This document shows, piece after piece, positions 49,984 through 61,756 of a stretch of DNA of 64,000 nt. A model generated the notes under the pieces. That model was not told where the DNA came from. It did no database searches and was given only the letters and a program-made list of their open reading frames with translations. The first letter of the stretch is position 1. Every line of letters begins with the position of its first letter. The position numbers and the translations under genes are program-made. Source of the DNA: Neoechinorhynchus agilis. Lineage: Eukaryota > Animalia > Acanthocephala. The DNA lies in assembly GCA_051530055.1 (NCBI GenBank), contig CM121342.1, positions 15,267,480-15,331,479 on the forward strand, written 5' to 3'.

Positions 49984-51076
49984 TTAATCCGTCATATCCA
50001 TTTTTTCTTCTTTTCGAACACACATTTTCCTTTCATAGACTTCTCGGATGATCTTAAAAGCATTTGAATCATAATAGGCTACATTTGTGAGTGGATCGAC
50101 GTATCGAGCAAGTTTTCCCGTCACAGGACAAATTCTCTTTTGTCGCTTTAAACACAACTTTTGAATCGGAAACCATTTTCGAAAGGATTGATCGTCGGTA
50201 AATGTTAAAGTAGTTTGAAGTTCACTCGTATGCGTTCCTTCGATCGGTACCAACTTCATATGAGTAATCACACCGGATGATAGATTATCCGCCTTCTTAT
50301 ATACTTCAGTGAATCTATCGGTCTTCTTTTTAATGAGACAATTAAGTAGTTGATCCGGATCAAGACTAGCGTATTTATGCAGCGACAAAGTGTTAATCTC
50401 AGCAGTTATCTTAGCTTCTTCAAGTAACTCCTCTTGTGTTAATCTTCTTCGTGTTAATCTTAAAGACGCAGTTTTAGAAGTGGACGATCGTTGCTCACGT
50501 TCAACTCGCTCGATTCGCTTACGAGCAGTGGTTTCTCTAATGGATCGACGTGGAGTTAGAAGACTACTAGTTTCTGCAACGTGCTTTTGAGATTTCGCTT
50601 TTTGCACTTTCGAGACTAAAGTCCTCTTCTTCGGCCTTTTCTCATCGTCTTCATCCGCATCTTCTAAGAAACAATAATTTCTCAATGCTAGATCTAAGAA
50701 ATTACTGCCGGCTTAAACTATCTTCTTGCTCCAATAACGCATTTTGCACATCGTTTATATCCGAATCACTTTCACTCTCGTCCGAGGACGATCCACTCAG
50801 TAAAAATTCATGGTCGTCAACTTCAATATCACCCACTTGCTTGTCAAAATACTCCGCGAGAACGTCTTTCTCATCCGAATTCTCAATCTTTGGTGAATTA
50901 CGGATCCGACGACGAGTGCTCCTCAATTCCTTCTTGCATTTTCGAACAAGCGTCTTCATTTTGTTCCCGGCGTTCAATCTTCGTTCACGGTTCCGGACGA
51001 GCATGTACGAATTCTTTGAGTTCGTGGAGATTGCTTCAATGTCGTCCGAGTCAACCGTAGACTTGTCTTTTGGCAT
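49984..51076 (-). CDS. VPS72: VPS72/YL1 (H2A.Z chaperone); exons 51076-50719, 50663-49984
   Basis: RERRLNAGNKM N-terminal motif, LTQEELLEEAKITAEIN, C-terminal CPVTGKLARYVDPLT; 55-bp GT-AG intron. Confidence 0.9.
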
Positions 51077-51181
51077 CTATCGAGTCCGGCTGAGGTGTGC
51101 AGAAGAAAATATACGTGGAACTTCAAAAAGGAAAAAAAGCTCGATGCTAATGTCCTATGTTTAAAAATTGAACTATTCATG

Positions 51182-51366
51182 CTTGTTTATGGCGTAAAAA
51201 TTAAACTAATTTATTAAATCCGATATTTCGGAGGCACAATCTTTTACGCGTTTATCAAGGTAGTTTTGGGAGAACTTGAAAAAACAACCTTGATAAACGC
51301 GTACGAGATTGCGCCTCCGAAATATCGGATTTAATAAATTAGTTTAATTTTTACGCCATAAACAAA
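51182..51366. mobile_element. MITE-like palindrome, ~85-bp TIRs (family also at 61021-61189; half copy 39575-39650)
   Basis: TTGTTTATGGCGTAAAA...TTTTACGCCATAAACAA inverted ends, shared among copies. Confidence 0.85.
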
Positions 51367-51484
51367 CAGCTAATGTCCAAATTTCCAACTTTCTCGAGCA
51401 AAGAACTGTTCTAACCGGCGATCTCCCGAAAATAAGCGAACGAAAAATATTGAAGATTGCATTCGGGTGGTTAAGTATATTGCT

Positions 51485-51657
51485 GTGTAGGTCGCTTGTC
51501 GACATCCGAAAGGGATCATTAAAGAAGAATACACTCGAGAAACAGCTTTATAACTTTCACTTTTATCTCGAAGCAATTTACAAATGAACAGATAATGATT
51601 GATTCAGTCAGTAGAAATATTTTCTTTCTCTCTCGGATGTCGACAAACGACCTACAC
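51485..51657. repeat. 25-bp inverted repeat with ~120-bp spacer
   Basis: GTGTAGGTCGCTTGTCGACATCCGA / TCGGATGTCGACAAACGACCTACAC, one mismatch. Confidence 0.75.
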
Positions 51658-52559
51658 ACCAATAGAATAGAAAAAGTACACAATTAGCAGCATTGATTTG
51701 AGAAAATGACCGAAAAGAGTACATTTCTTTCGTAAGGGTTTTTACTTAAAAAAATTGCGGCCTGCCGATAAAATGCTAATTTTATTTTCAACCTTCTGTG
51801 ATGCTAGGAACCTTCATTTCCTGAAGATACCAGGAGTTGGAAAAATTGCTGTTGTCTAGAATGCTTCTTGTAGAAAAAATGCAACAGCAATTACATCGGA
51901 CAAACAGGTCGGAATCTGAAGACGAGATTGGCGGAACATAAACGGTCCAAAACTCAGAAGCGTCGAATATTGCACTACACGAGGTGCAAACTGGCCAGTG
52001 GTCAATTTCGGCAAAACAATGGATTTAGCAAGTGAACGCAATAATTTTCGACACCAACGAGGATACAAACTCTGTCTTCATAGCTAACCGAAATGAAACA
52101 ACACAATCAGCCATAAGAGCGTGTAAGAGCGGAATAATTACTTAACCACTTGTATTTTAGAACGTATTTTTCCATAAATAAAACGTGTTTATATAAAACC
52201 CGAGGACGCTCGAAGCGTCTGTAATAAAAGATTATTTACCGGGTGAAGAATTAAACAATAATTTCAATCACATATCCCGGTACCTCACATATCGACATTT
52301 AAAATACAACTTGATTTTCCAGCCGCATGATTGATCAAGTTTTGTTTTTGAAAATAGACACTTGAGATACAAAGGCGATGACAGAGAAACGATTGGCGAT
52401 AGACAAAATGAACACAATTTTTGCTGACAATGGATCCATCGCGTTCGCAATTAGCGCAATACTTAACCAATTTTGTACATTTGGAGCTATGATATTCCAA
52501 TGTGCAATATGCACACTTAACCGATTTGGATGGGCGTTTTTGCTCGAGGTAATAGTCAT

Positions 52560-53010
52560 CGAGGATTCCTACGAGCAATCTTTGTCGACTCGATGGCCGT
52601 AGATCGGACGGTGTCACGGTGTTACCGTGGCTAGAAGGTATTTTCTTTGAGACACCACGTTCATGGACACGCTCGCAGCCAGCAACATAAAATTCGCCGC
52701 CGTTAAAAAGGAAGGGGAGTAACAGCCGCTGTTGAGGAACGCAAAAAATCCAAACACAGGGGTCTGAGTCCAAATCATTATTTCTTTGGGGTTGAGACAC
52801 TCGGGTCATTTGGTACCGCGACTCGCAGAATCTCGCCAATCAATTCTCTAAGAGGTTGAGACGAATCGCTGACGATCCGAGGGCAGGAGCATTTCTACAA
52901 AACATAAGCCTGGCTGTTCAACTGTAGAGGAACGCTCTATCTGTCCTTTCGACCGTTGCACCTGGACGGCAGCTGAGTGATCCAGAGCGGTGGCGTCAGT
53001 GCTTGTAAGG
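52560..53010 (+). mobile_element. 3' fragment of the CRE-like element (RLE domain to ORF end)
   Basis: DGRRSDGVTVLPW...DTLAASNIKFA; aligns in reverse to 31070-31480. Confidence 0.85.
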
Positions 53011-53449
53011 TATCGCTTCGGAAATGGGTTTGATGGACCGTGATGATTTCAGAAAGAAAAGAATCTTACATCCGAATTTTTTGATTTTCTTTTGCCGATC
53101 TCTTCAACCAATTTTTTGTTTTAAATTGACACTTGGCCTTACTGTTGTAATGATAAAGAAAAATCTTTATTTTCAAGTTTTCGCCTTACGTCTTCTTCAG
53201 AAATCTATAAAAGGCGAGTGGAGACGTGAAGTGTGTTAAAGTAAAGACATCGGAGTGCGAAGTACGTCCTACTTGTTGAGAAATTCTGGGGCTTTTGTCT
53301 AGCTGATGTCCAGAATTCTAACTCGCATTGTCCGTAGAAATGCTATCTCTTCCCCTTTCAACAGTCCGGGAAATAAGTAGTGCATCGGCGATAGATAGTT
53401 CCACCGGGTCCATAGCCACAAACCCAACTCACTTCAAGATTTTTTACTT

Positions 53450-53760
53450 CTCCGTCGTTTTGGCACTCCGAGTGGTTTTGGTAGATATTTTATTATTCCA
53501 TACACGGCCGAATGGACCAAAGGGGACGAAATACCGCCGAAGGGAGGAAACTCACTGATGAGTCCCGGCTCCTGGAAGTATCTGAGGATCCAGAGGAATG
53601 TTCAAACTTATCTTGGGACATTGAGCGCAGACCAGCGCTTTTCAGACCGAAATCGATGGACTGTGTGTGTCCACTCGGCCATGTATGGAATAAAAAAAAT
53701 GTCTATCAAAAAGACTACCGGCTGAGCCACCCATAAAAATGCTAAAAAACTCTGGGTTGT
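53450..53760 (+). mobile_element. Short interspersed element, copy 3, with ~40-bp internal inverted repeats flanking the ribozyme core
   Basis: IR 53476-53515 / 53671-53711; core homologous to 26077-26121 and 35777-35823. Confidence 0.75.
53523..53586 (+). ncRNA. Candidate non-circularly permuted hammerhead ribozyme
   Basis: GGGAC-GAAA-UAC ... CUCA-CUGAUGA-GUCCC ... GUAU-C-UGAG: all three stems can pair around an intact core. Confidence 0.65.
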
Positions 53761-54071
53761 GTTTTGTCCATGGTCCTCATTCAGCGGTTGCGAAAGTTGT
53801 AGATGAACTTGCAATTGTCATTGACTAAACAGCGTTCTCAGGTCATCTCGTAGATCACGCTGCTTCGAGTATAAATCGGCAAGTGCTCGAAGCTTTTAAA
53901 TGTTAACAGTGCCCTTGTAATAATTCGAAGGGTTTCGCGCGTTTCAAAGAAAAAATTAATTTTCAGCATGAAGTGAATATTAAACGCATTTCAAAAATAT
54001 ACTTCACGACACGGTTACGATCCCATATTTACGATCCGGTTTTGTAAAATGGTTTTTTAAGAAAGTATTAA

Positions 54072-54720
54072 CGATGATTCTCAAGCAAGACTTATCAATA
54101 CGAATGACTGGAATCGCTTCTTTGGAGAATATTTTCAGCAAAGATTTGGATATATTCTAAGATATACAAGGATATAGGATTCAAAGATATGCTGAAATGG
54201 GATTTATTTGGTTGAATGGTGGCGATTTAATAGGAAGGGACAAATTGTCAGTCTCAAATCTTGAAGTGTTGAATTCCATAGGCTTCTGACTGTGAAAGAT
54301 ATAGAGAAGATTATGGTCAGCCATGATGACGAATTATCTGAAGTAACACGAGAGAGGGTCACCAAAAAAGTTTCCGTGGTTGTTATTGAATGAAGACAGA
54401 ACCCGGACTGGATACTAAATGGTAAGAAAATTGATTGAAGAACTATTACAATAATATGAAATTTGTAAGGCGTGCTTTTGAAATAAGAAATAAACCTATT
54501 ACAGAATTGAAAAAGTGCAAACATCGAATTAAAATTTCCAGATTTCTAGGCACGCTAATCAAGATGATTCTCAAGCACGACTTATCGATACGAATGACTT
54601 TGGAATCGATTTTTTGGAGAATATTTCTTACAAATATTCGCATATATTAAAAGATATACAAGGATATGGAATTCAACGTTATGCAGAAAAAGGGTTTATT
54701 TTGTTGGATGGTGGTGATGT
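54072..54720 (+). repeat. Diverged ~170-bp direct duplication (~54072-54230 and ~54563-54720)
   Basis: GATGATTCTCAAGCA.GACTTATC.ATACGAATGACT and AAGATATACAAGGATAT recur ~490 bp apart. Confidence 0.8.
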
Positions 54721-56649
54721 GCTGGAAAGGAACGATCACCACTTTTAAACATTTTTATGAGATTTAAATATAATTTATTGAGTCAAGCGGAATAAAACCC
54801 ATGTTTTGCAGTTTGAGTTGTGACATTGTAATCGCTATTCATTTATAGATGCGATGCAATAATGCATGAATAATAAATCCACTCTTGGCACGAGGCACAG
54901 TAACAATAATTTTTAAAGATAAATAAATTTTAAACAGAACTTGCATATAATTTATTTCGATATCTATTTCAACCATCGCCTTGCATTTACGAAAATCATT
55001 GCAAGCTATTAAGACAAAGAATTTATTGATAAACGGAATTATTGTTTAGATCTTCACCATGTTAATAATTTTCTATTAAATACGTTTCAAATGTCGCCGG
55101 GAAACAATAATTCTCCGGTACATCACATATCGAGATTTTGAACATCTTTACAATTTATAGATAACATTATGTGAAATAAAAGATAAATTTTTAATTTAGA
55201 TAAAAGATTATAATCAACCTTAAAGTTTCCTGCAAGTAAAAAAGAACGACTAATCTGCAAATTATCTTCATGTTATCAGCTCTACCTTGATCAAAACAAT
55301 CACAGCGCGATTTTACCCTCCAGCCAATCAGAATTTGTAAACAATATCACTGATCGTTTTCGCAGTATTCATCATTAATTGTAAAATGTCTGTCTGTAAT
55401 ATAATAAATGTTCAATCTGGTACCTAAAGCGCAAAATGAATAACCTTTTACAATCAAATCTTATTTTTATCCAAAATAAATTTGCCATTGAGTAAAATCT
55501 TGCATTGAATATTTTCACCGTTAATTAAATTAAGGTGAAATGAATACGAGCATCTTTTTCTCTCTAATTGAAAATGAACCTATATTTTTGAAGAATATAA
55601 TGGCTCGTGACTTTTCAAGCTTTGATTTTACAGCTCAAAATAATTTCTATGATTAATTTTATTCGTGCTAATCGTTCTAAGCATTGCATGTTATTGCGAT
55701 TCAATTTACTTTGAGTACTGTGATTCAAAACGTTTTAAAGATTTCTTTTCATTTTAGATTGCAGCGATCTTAATTTAAATAAAGATGATAAAATCACACT
55801 TAGCGTTTAAACAGATTCATCTATTTAAGACTATAGCTTGAATTAATCTTTTAAATATCGTAAAAGCACGTTTTGCATTTAGATGTGCTTTTAAGAGAAA
55901 ATTTTAAAAGTTTTTCCTTTAGACGGAATATAATTTAAAGTACCTACCGGAAAGTTGCAGGTTCGTAACATGGTGCTACATTTCTGCTTATGATACCCTT
56001 GTCTAATTCATGAATTTACCGGAACAGACCATGCAAATTTCAACCAATAGAGTTACGCGTTTTACATGGTTCGCGAAAATGTAGGGGTCTACGTGCAAGA
56101 CACCACATTGTTCCCGTCAACGTTTTGCCGCGCTATTTTAGTAACTGAAAATTTTTACTCGTAGAAACTCATTCCTCTCCCGAGAAATTGGATGCCCGAT
56201 TGGTACTCGTTAGACCATACCGCTGCTCATTTCCATAAAATGAGCATGAAGTTTGAAATGACAAATTTTTATAGTTCAAATCAATTACATTCCGCAGATC
56301 ATAACCGCAAATAATCTTCATTGCAGATAATTTGTTCCGGTTAATATTTTGCTTTTTGATCTGTTGAATTTCCAATTCAAAAAAGGTAAAATATTGGAAA
56401 TAAGCTTTTTCAAATTATTATTTCGACGAACTTAATTTTCGTATTTTAATAAATTCTTTTCTTTAACGATGATTTTTCTCTGTTATAAGTATTACAATAA
56501 GTTATAAATGGATTTAAATTTTTCATAAAGCAAATATTAGTTTAGACCTTATCCTTATTTTTCCATCAAGTACTGCATTGGTATGTACAAACCTTCTGAG
56601 CTGTTCAATTGTTTCGGTTAATTACAGGTACAAGGACGAGCTTGTAGCG

Positions 56650-59079
56650 ATGAATATAAACCATCAGTACAGTATGCCCTACAGGATGAATAGCAGTGAG
56701 TTTAAAACTTTTAAACGTTTTATAAAGCTTTTATAGGCGATAATGCTAGCTTGGGCCAGGGGCGGACCAATCAGCTTGGAGGGCATTTTATTAATGGAAG
56801 ACCGCTTCCATATGAGACTAGACGTCAAATTGTACAAATGGCAAGGGATGGGGTTAAACCTTGCATGATCAGTAGACAACTAAAAGTTAGCCATGGTTGT
56901 GTCAGTAAGATTTTGCAAAAGTCAGCATTTGCTCTAGGTTAAAAATTTTGTTGTAAAAGCAGCATTCTAGATTTCAAGCAACGGGAAGCATTATGCCTGG
57001 ATCAGTAGGGACAAATCGAACAGATAATTTGTCTCAGGTCGTTATCAGAAGTATTCTTGAGTTGAACGAACAAAACCACGGACGTATAAATGCAGCTAAC
57101 ATTCGACATTTACTTATAGAAAATCAAATTTGTTCCAGAGCTGACGCTCCAACAACTTCGCTTATAAATAGAATAATTCGAGATAATATGAATCAAGGTA
57201 TTACAAATCCACTTGCGGTGCAATTTTAGCTTCATTCAAAAACATAGATGGTAATATTATAGATAACCATTTTGAGAATGCAAATCACAGAGGTCGACGC
57301 AATCGAACGAATTTCACTGCAGAACAACTAAATTTATTAGAGACACATTTTCTACGGCAAAACTATCCGGATGTTCAAGTGAGAGAGTATTTGGCTCATT
57401 CCACCGGGCTTACGGAATCACGAGTTCAAGTTTGGTTTAGTAATAGGCGAGCGAGGGAAAGAAAAAAGAAACAAAGCCTTCAAGAGACAAGTGAAAATGG
57501 CACTACAGCTCAACAACCGTCAACGATAGCGAATCAAGCAACCCCATATTATTTTGAGCCCTTTCAGTATGGCCTAATTGGATATGACCAATACCAAATG
57601 CAATTGAATTCGTCAAATATGAACGTCGATCTCTCGGGAGAGAGTGGTCAACTCATTGGAGCAAATAATAATTTGGGATCAAGTCCAGCCGATATATACA
57701 GTAATTCCATGTACCCACCCAATCACAACATACTTTCAGCTCCTAATATGACCATACCAGCAACCTCGGAAAGTAATGGGAATCTAAACAACATGACAAA
57801 CGGAGAGTATGTTTACAGTCAATGGTACGCAAACCCTCAAGTTAATTCGCGCGAGCGAGGATTAGCAGAAGAGCACACTGTTGGGATGAGCGAACGAAGT
57901 GACCTTCTCTCGAGTTCCGTACAGCCAGGTCGAGAATTGAGCATAGATCCACTTCCACAATCGAAGACGCCTAAAAACATAAGTAGTTGGCGATTGGCTG
58001 ATTCCACTGCTGTTAACAGTAATTTCACTAAAGGAATAAGTGCAATGACACGTTCATCCTACGTTAATCTAACGAGAAAGCATTACTGCCATACCAGCGT
58101 GCATTCACCTGTCAAAAATCAACAATCTTTGAGTGGAAACAATACAAGTAGATGGCGTTTGGTTGATGCCGCTGCAATGGACAATTTAGGTGAAGAAATA
58201 GGAAGGGATGCGAGTAAATCACTTTGCACCCTGGTTTCTCAAAATCGTGAACTTCCAAATTTGGTGAATTCAAGGATATCCGCATCACCAAATATGGGAC
58301 TTTGGGGTTTCCCGGAATCAGCCGTCAGCCAAAGTCCCTTCGAAGAACAGGCAGCTGGTCACGATCTACTTGCTCCAATTTCTGCTATCGATGCGCAGAG
58401 GAACGCATTGAACAATACAAGCACTGATTGGTATTATCGCGAGCGGAGTTGTGTCAACAATTCAGAAAGCGACATACCTGCTTCCGATTTAGCACGACAA
58501 TCTCATAATGTTACCCGCAGTCAAAATGCAACCATGCCTTTGATGCATAACGCCCCTCGAGTTTCTCACAATCACAGCACGGCCGATTGGTATTATCCGG
58601 CGTGTGAGAGAGTCGACGTCGATATAAAGCCTGACTCCGAAATGATTCGCCAGTACCACGAGACAAAAGACTGCTCGAAATTATCAGTGATAAAAACTAA
58701 CAACGCCGAAGATATTATGAATAATCTTTTTGCAACAAGCACTCGGAATCAGAAAATGCTGTCAGCCGGTACGGAACGCAAGCGCCTTGCAGAAGATAAA
58801 GATCGTCCAGAATTTAATTTACGCTACAACCAGGCGCAGTTGCGTTCGGAAACGCAAAATGAAAGTAATCACAATGAAAGGATAACTGACAGAGCTGAAT
58901 TGAAGCCGGGTCTTGAGATATGTTCAGAGTGCAAGCATAAGGCTAAGTGCAAAAATCAGGATCCGGCAATTAAGCGAGTTCACCTCAATGAGTGGTATCC
59001 GGAAATGGAGATCGCGTTTAAGGTTTACCCAAAACAGGAAGATATCGTAAGAAACGAAGACAATCCAAAAGAAAACTGA
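56650..59079 (+). CDS. Pax3/7: Pax3/7-like paired-box plus homeodomain factor, copy 1; exons 56650-56695, 56737-56920, 56971-57197, 57263-59079
   Basis: [19 protein letters not shown]...[22 protein letters not shown]; homeodomain RRNRTNFT...[10 protein letters not shown] with Ser50. Confidence 0.9.
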
Positions 59080-61020
59080 TTGAACCGAGGAAAATAGAAG
59101 AAGAGTTCAGCAATTGTTAACACAAAAAGCCAAAGACGTTCTTGCCGAATGAAGTTGATTGCTTTGACCTGAAAATACATTAGCGGAGAATTGTACAAAT
59201 GATGTGTATGATACCTTGATGCTATATGGCGTGTGAATATAAGAAGTCAAGAATGGCTGAGAAGGTACGAATAACTTGTCAAGGCATAAATGTGTTATAA
59301 GTTGTTTAATTTGTAAATAAATGCATTTCGTGTATTTATGAGTATAATTTTTTTAATATTGGACCGTATTAAAACCAACAAAGTGCACTTACATTTTAAT
59401 TTATGTTTATAAGCCTTACAGAGAAAAGAACGAAGCAAAGTTCGTAAGTGGAACAATATTACCATGACCACATTTTCAAATAAAACGAATATTTAACAAA
59501 GTTGAAGGTAGAAAAACACATAATATGTCAACCAGAACGCACAAGCAAAAATTTGTGGTCAAGGAGAGCTCAGTTCGCAAAATGCTTAAGCAAAAAAAAT
59601 TCCGTGGAAATTTAACTTCAATTTTTTTTAGCGTTTGTTGAGAGAAAAATTGAAAACGTTTAAATCAAGGGTGAATAAAGATTCGAGAGTTTCTGCTAAT
59701 GATTCAAGAAATTATATTTTAGTAATAATCCAATGACTAAGAAATATTCTGTTGCAGCACTAATTAATTTCAATAGCACGCAAATTGCAAATTTTGCTTT
59801 TTTATCAATTAGCAAGTAAATGAAATGTCATGAAAAAATTCTTTTCGAGACAAAAGAAAAGCTAAAAAATCCCCGGACTTAGACACTAATGTCAACTGGT
59901 AAAAAATGAAATATTAATTTATATCGAGAGAAACCATTTGGGCCAGCATATAGACATACAGAGAAGCTTAAGAGCAAGAGAAAGATGACTAAATTTAGTT
60001 GACAATGGCAGATTGAATAAGCATTAGTTAATCATGTAGCGTAAAATAATAAATTACAAAAATTTTAGTTTTATATATTCTAAATTTGATAAAAGTTCTA
60101 AAAAGACTTAACGTGATCTAGTGCCAAGGCTAGCAATCAAAGAAAAAATTATTTGCCTTGATTGTGCAATATGGGTTTTTTTTATACACGCCATTTTTTA
60201 ACGATAGACAAAAATGAATCATCTTTTACGTTTGTTTGGAAAATACTGCAAAGGTATATTTTAAATTGAACTCGTACGAGTAAACTCTCAGAGCATTTAG
60301 CTAACATTTTTAGCTGCGCATTCATAACAACTAAAATTTTACGCCCTTTAAATAAGAAATTATTACTCGTTTTCAGCGGCCAAATAAAAGCTCTAATACT
60401 GTCAACAATTAAATATTTAATCGTTGGAAAATGTAAAGTATTGTTCGTACAAACTTCGAGGAACTGGAAATATTGCGGCGAGATGGATTATTTCAAGACG
60501 ATAACCAATCATGTTTTCCAAAGACTATGTACTTGCAAATAATTGTAATTAACCTTCTTTGATATTGTAAAAAAAAATCATGCTTGCTAATAAATTAAAC
60601 ATCTTGAATTGATTCTCGAGCAAATTACAATGTTACGACTAGAACATTTTACAAAGGAACAAATTTGAGCGTAAGATAAATCATCAAATCTAAAGTCAAC
60701 AGAGAACTTTCCAAGCACACACGCAATCCAGTTTCCATAAAAATATTTTACTTTTGAAAATTCGCATATTAAAATTTGAGTGGCTATCGTCACTACATCG
60801 AAACAACAAAATCTCGACAATAGCTAATGACCGTGCAATTGACTACGCAACCAAGCAAGGATATCTTGAAGGACTGTAGTTAATTTTGTCTACTTGCCAA
60901 AGTAACTCGTTCGTTCTCGCCATTGGTTGCGACCTTCGATTGGTTTTAAACACTATTCGGTAGAAAATCTATATATTCTGGGCTGATTATTTATAAATCT
61001 TCTACTTATGATAAAAGGAT

Positions 61021-61189
61021 TTATGCTTGTTTATGGCGTAAAATCAAAAGAATTTATTGATTCCAATATTTCGGCACAATCTTGTGCTTTTATCAAAATT
61101 GTTAGTGTTCACTGATAAAGGCACAAGATTGTGCCGAAATATTGGAAAAAAATAAATTCTTTTAATTTTACCGAAAAAAACAAGCATAA
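61021..61189. mobile_element. MITE-like palindrome, same family as 51182-51366
   Basis: TTATGCTTGTTT...AAACAAGCATAA ends; inner ATATTTCGGCACAATCTTGTGC inverted. Confidence 0.85.
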
Positions 61190-61756
61190 ATAGTTCAATC
61201 TTAAAACCAAAAGATTTACAATATATTAGTCGGACTTTACAAAAATATGACTGACCTTTCGGATAATTTAATTTTTTCAGAATTTAGCAATTATGTGAGC
61301 CAATAAAACACGTTTTAGAAAAAATACCCGGTTGCGTGACTTATCCGTTAAAAACCGTGCATATTTGCTACCAATAAGTTCACGCATTTTAGTGATCGGA
61401 AAGAGAAGGTGGGTTATAGATTCCCTGTATTGCTCTTTGAAAATTAGCCTTAAGCATGAAAAGAAGATTTTCTACCTCTAATCAATTACATTCTCCAGAT
61501 CAAAAACACGTTCACCTTTTTAAATAACTTGTTCCGGTTATAATTTTACGTTTTAGCAAATATTAAATTCCGGCTAAATCAAAATTTAATTTTTAAAAAT
61601 ACAATTTACGGCATTACTAATTTTATCTTTAACATTTTAGGTTAACAATTACAAAACCTTTCTTAAAAATGCAAAATTGCAATTTTAAATTCTAATTCGT
61701 TGAAACGGTTCGAAAAATATCACATTGTTGAATTTTTAGAGATAAAATTTAACAAT

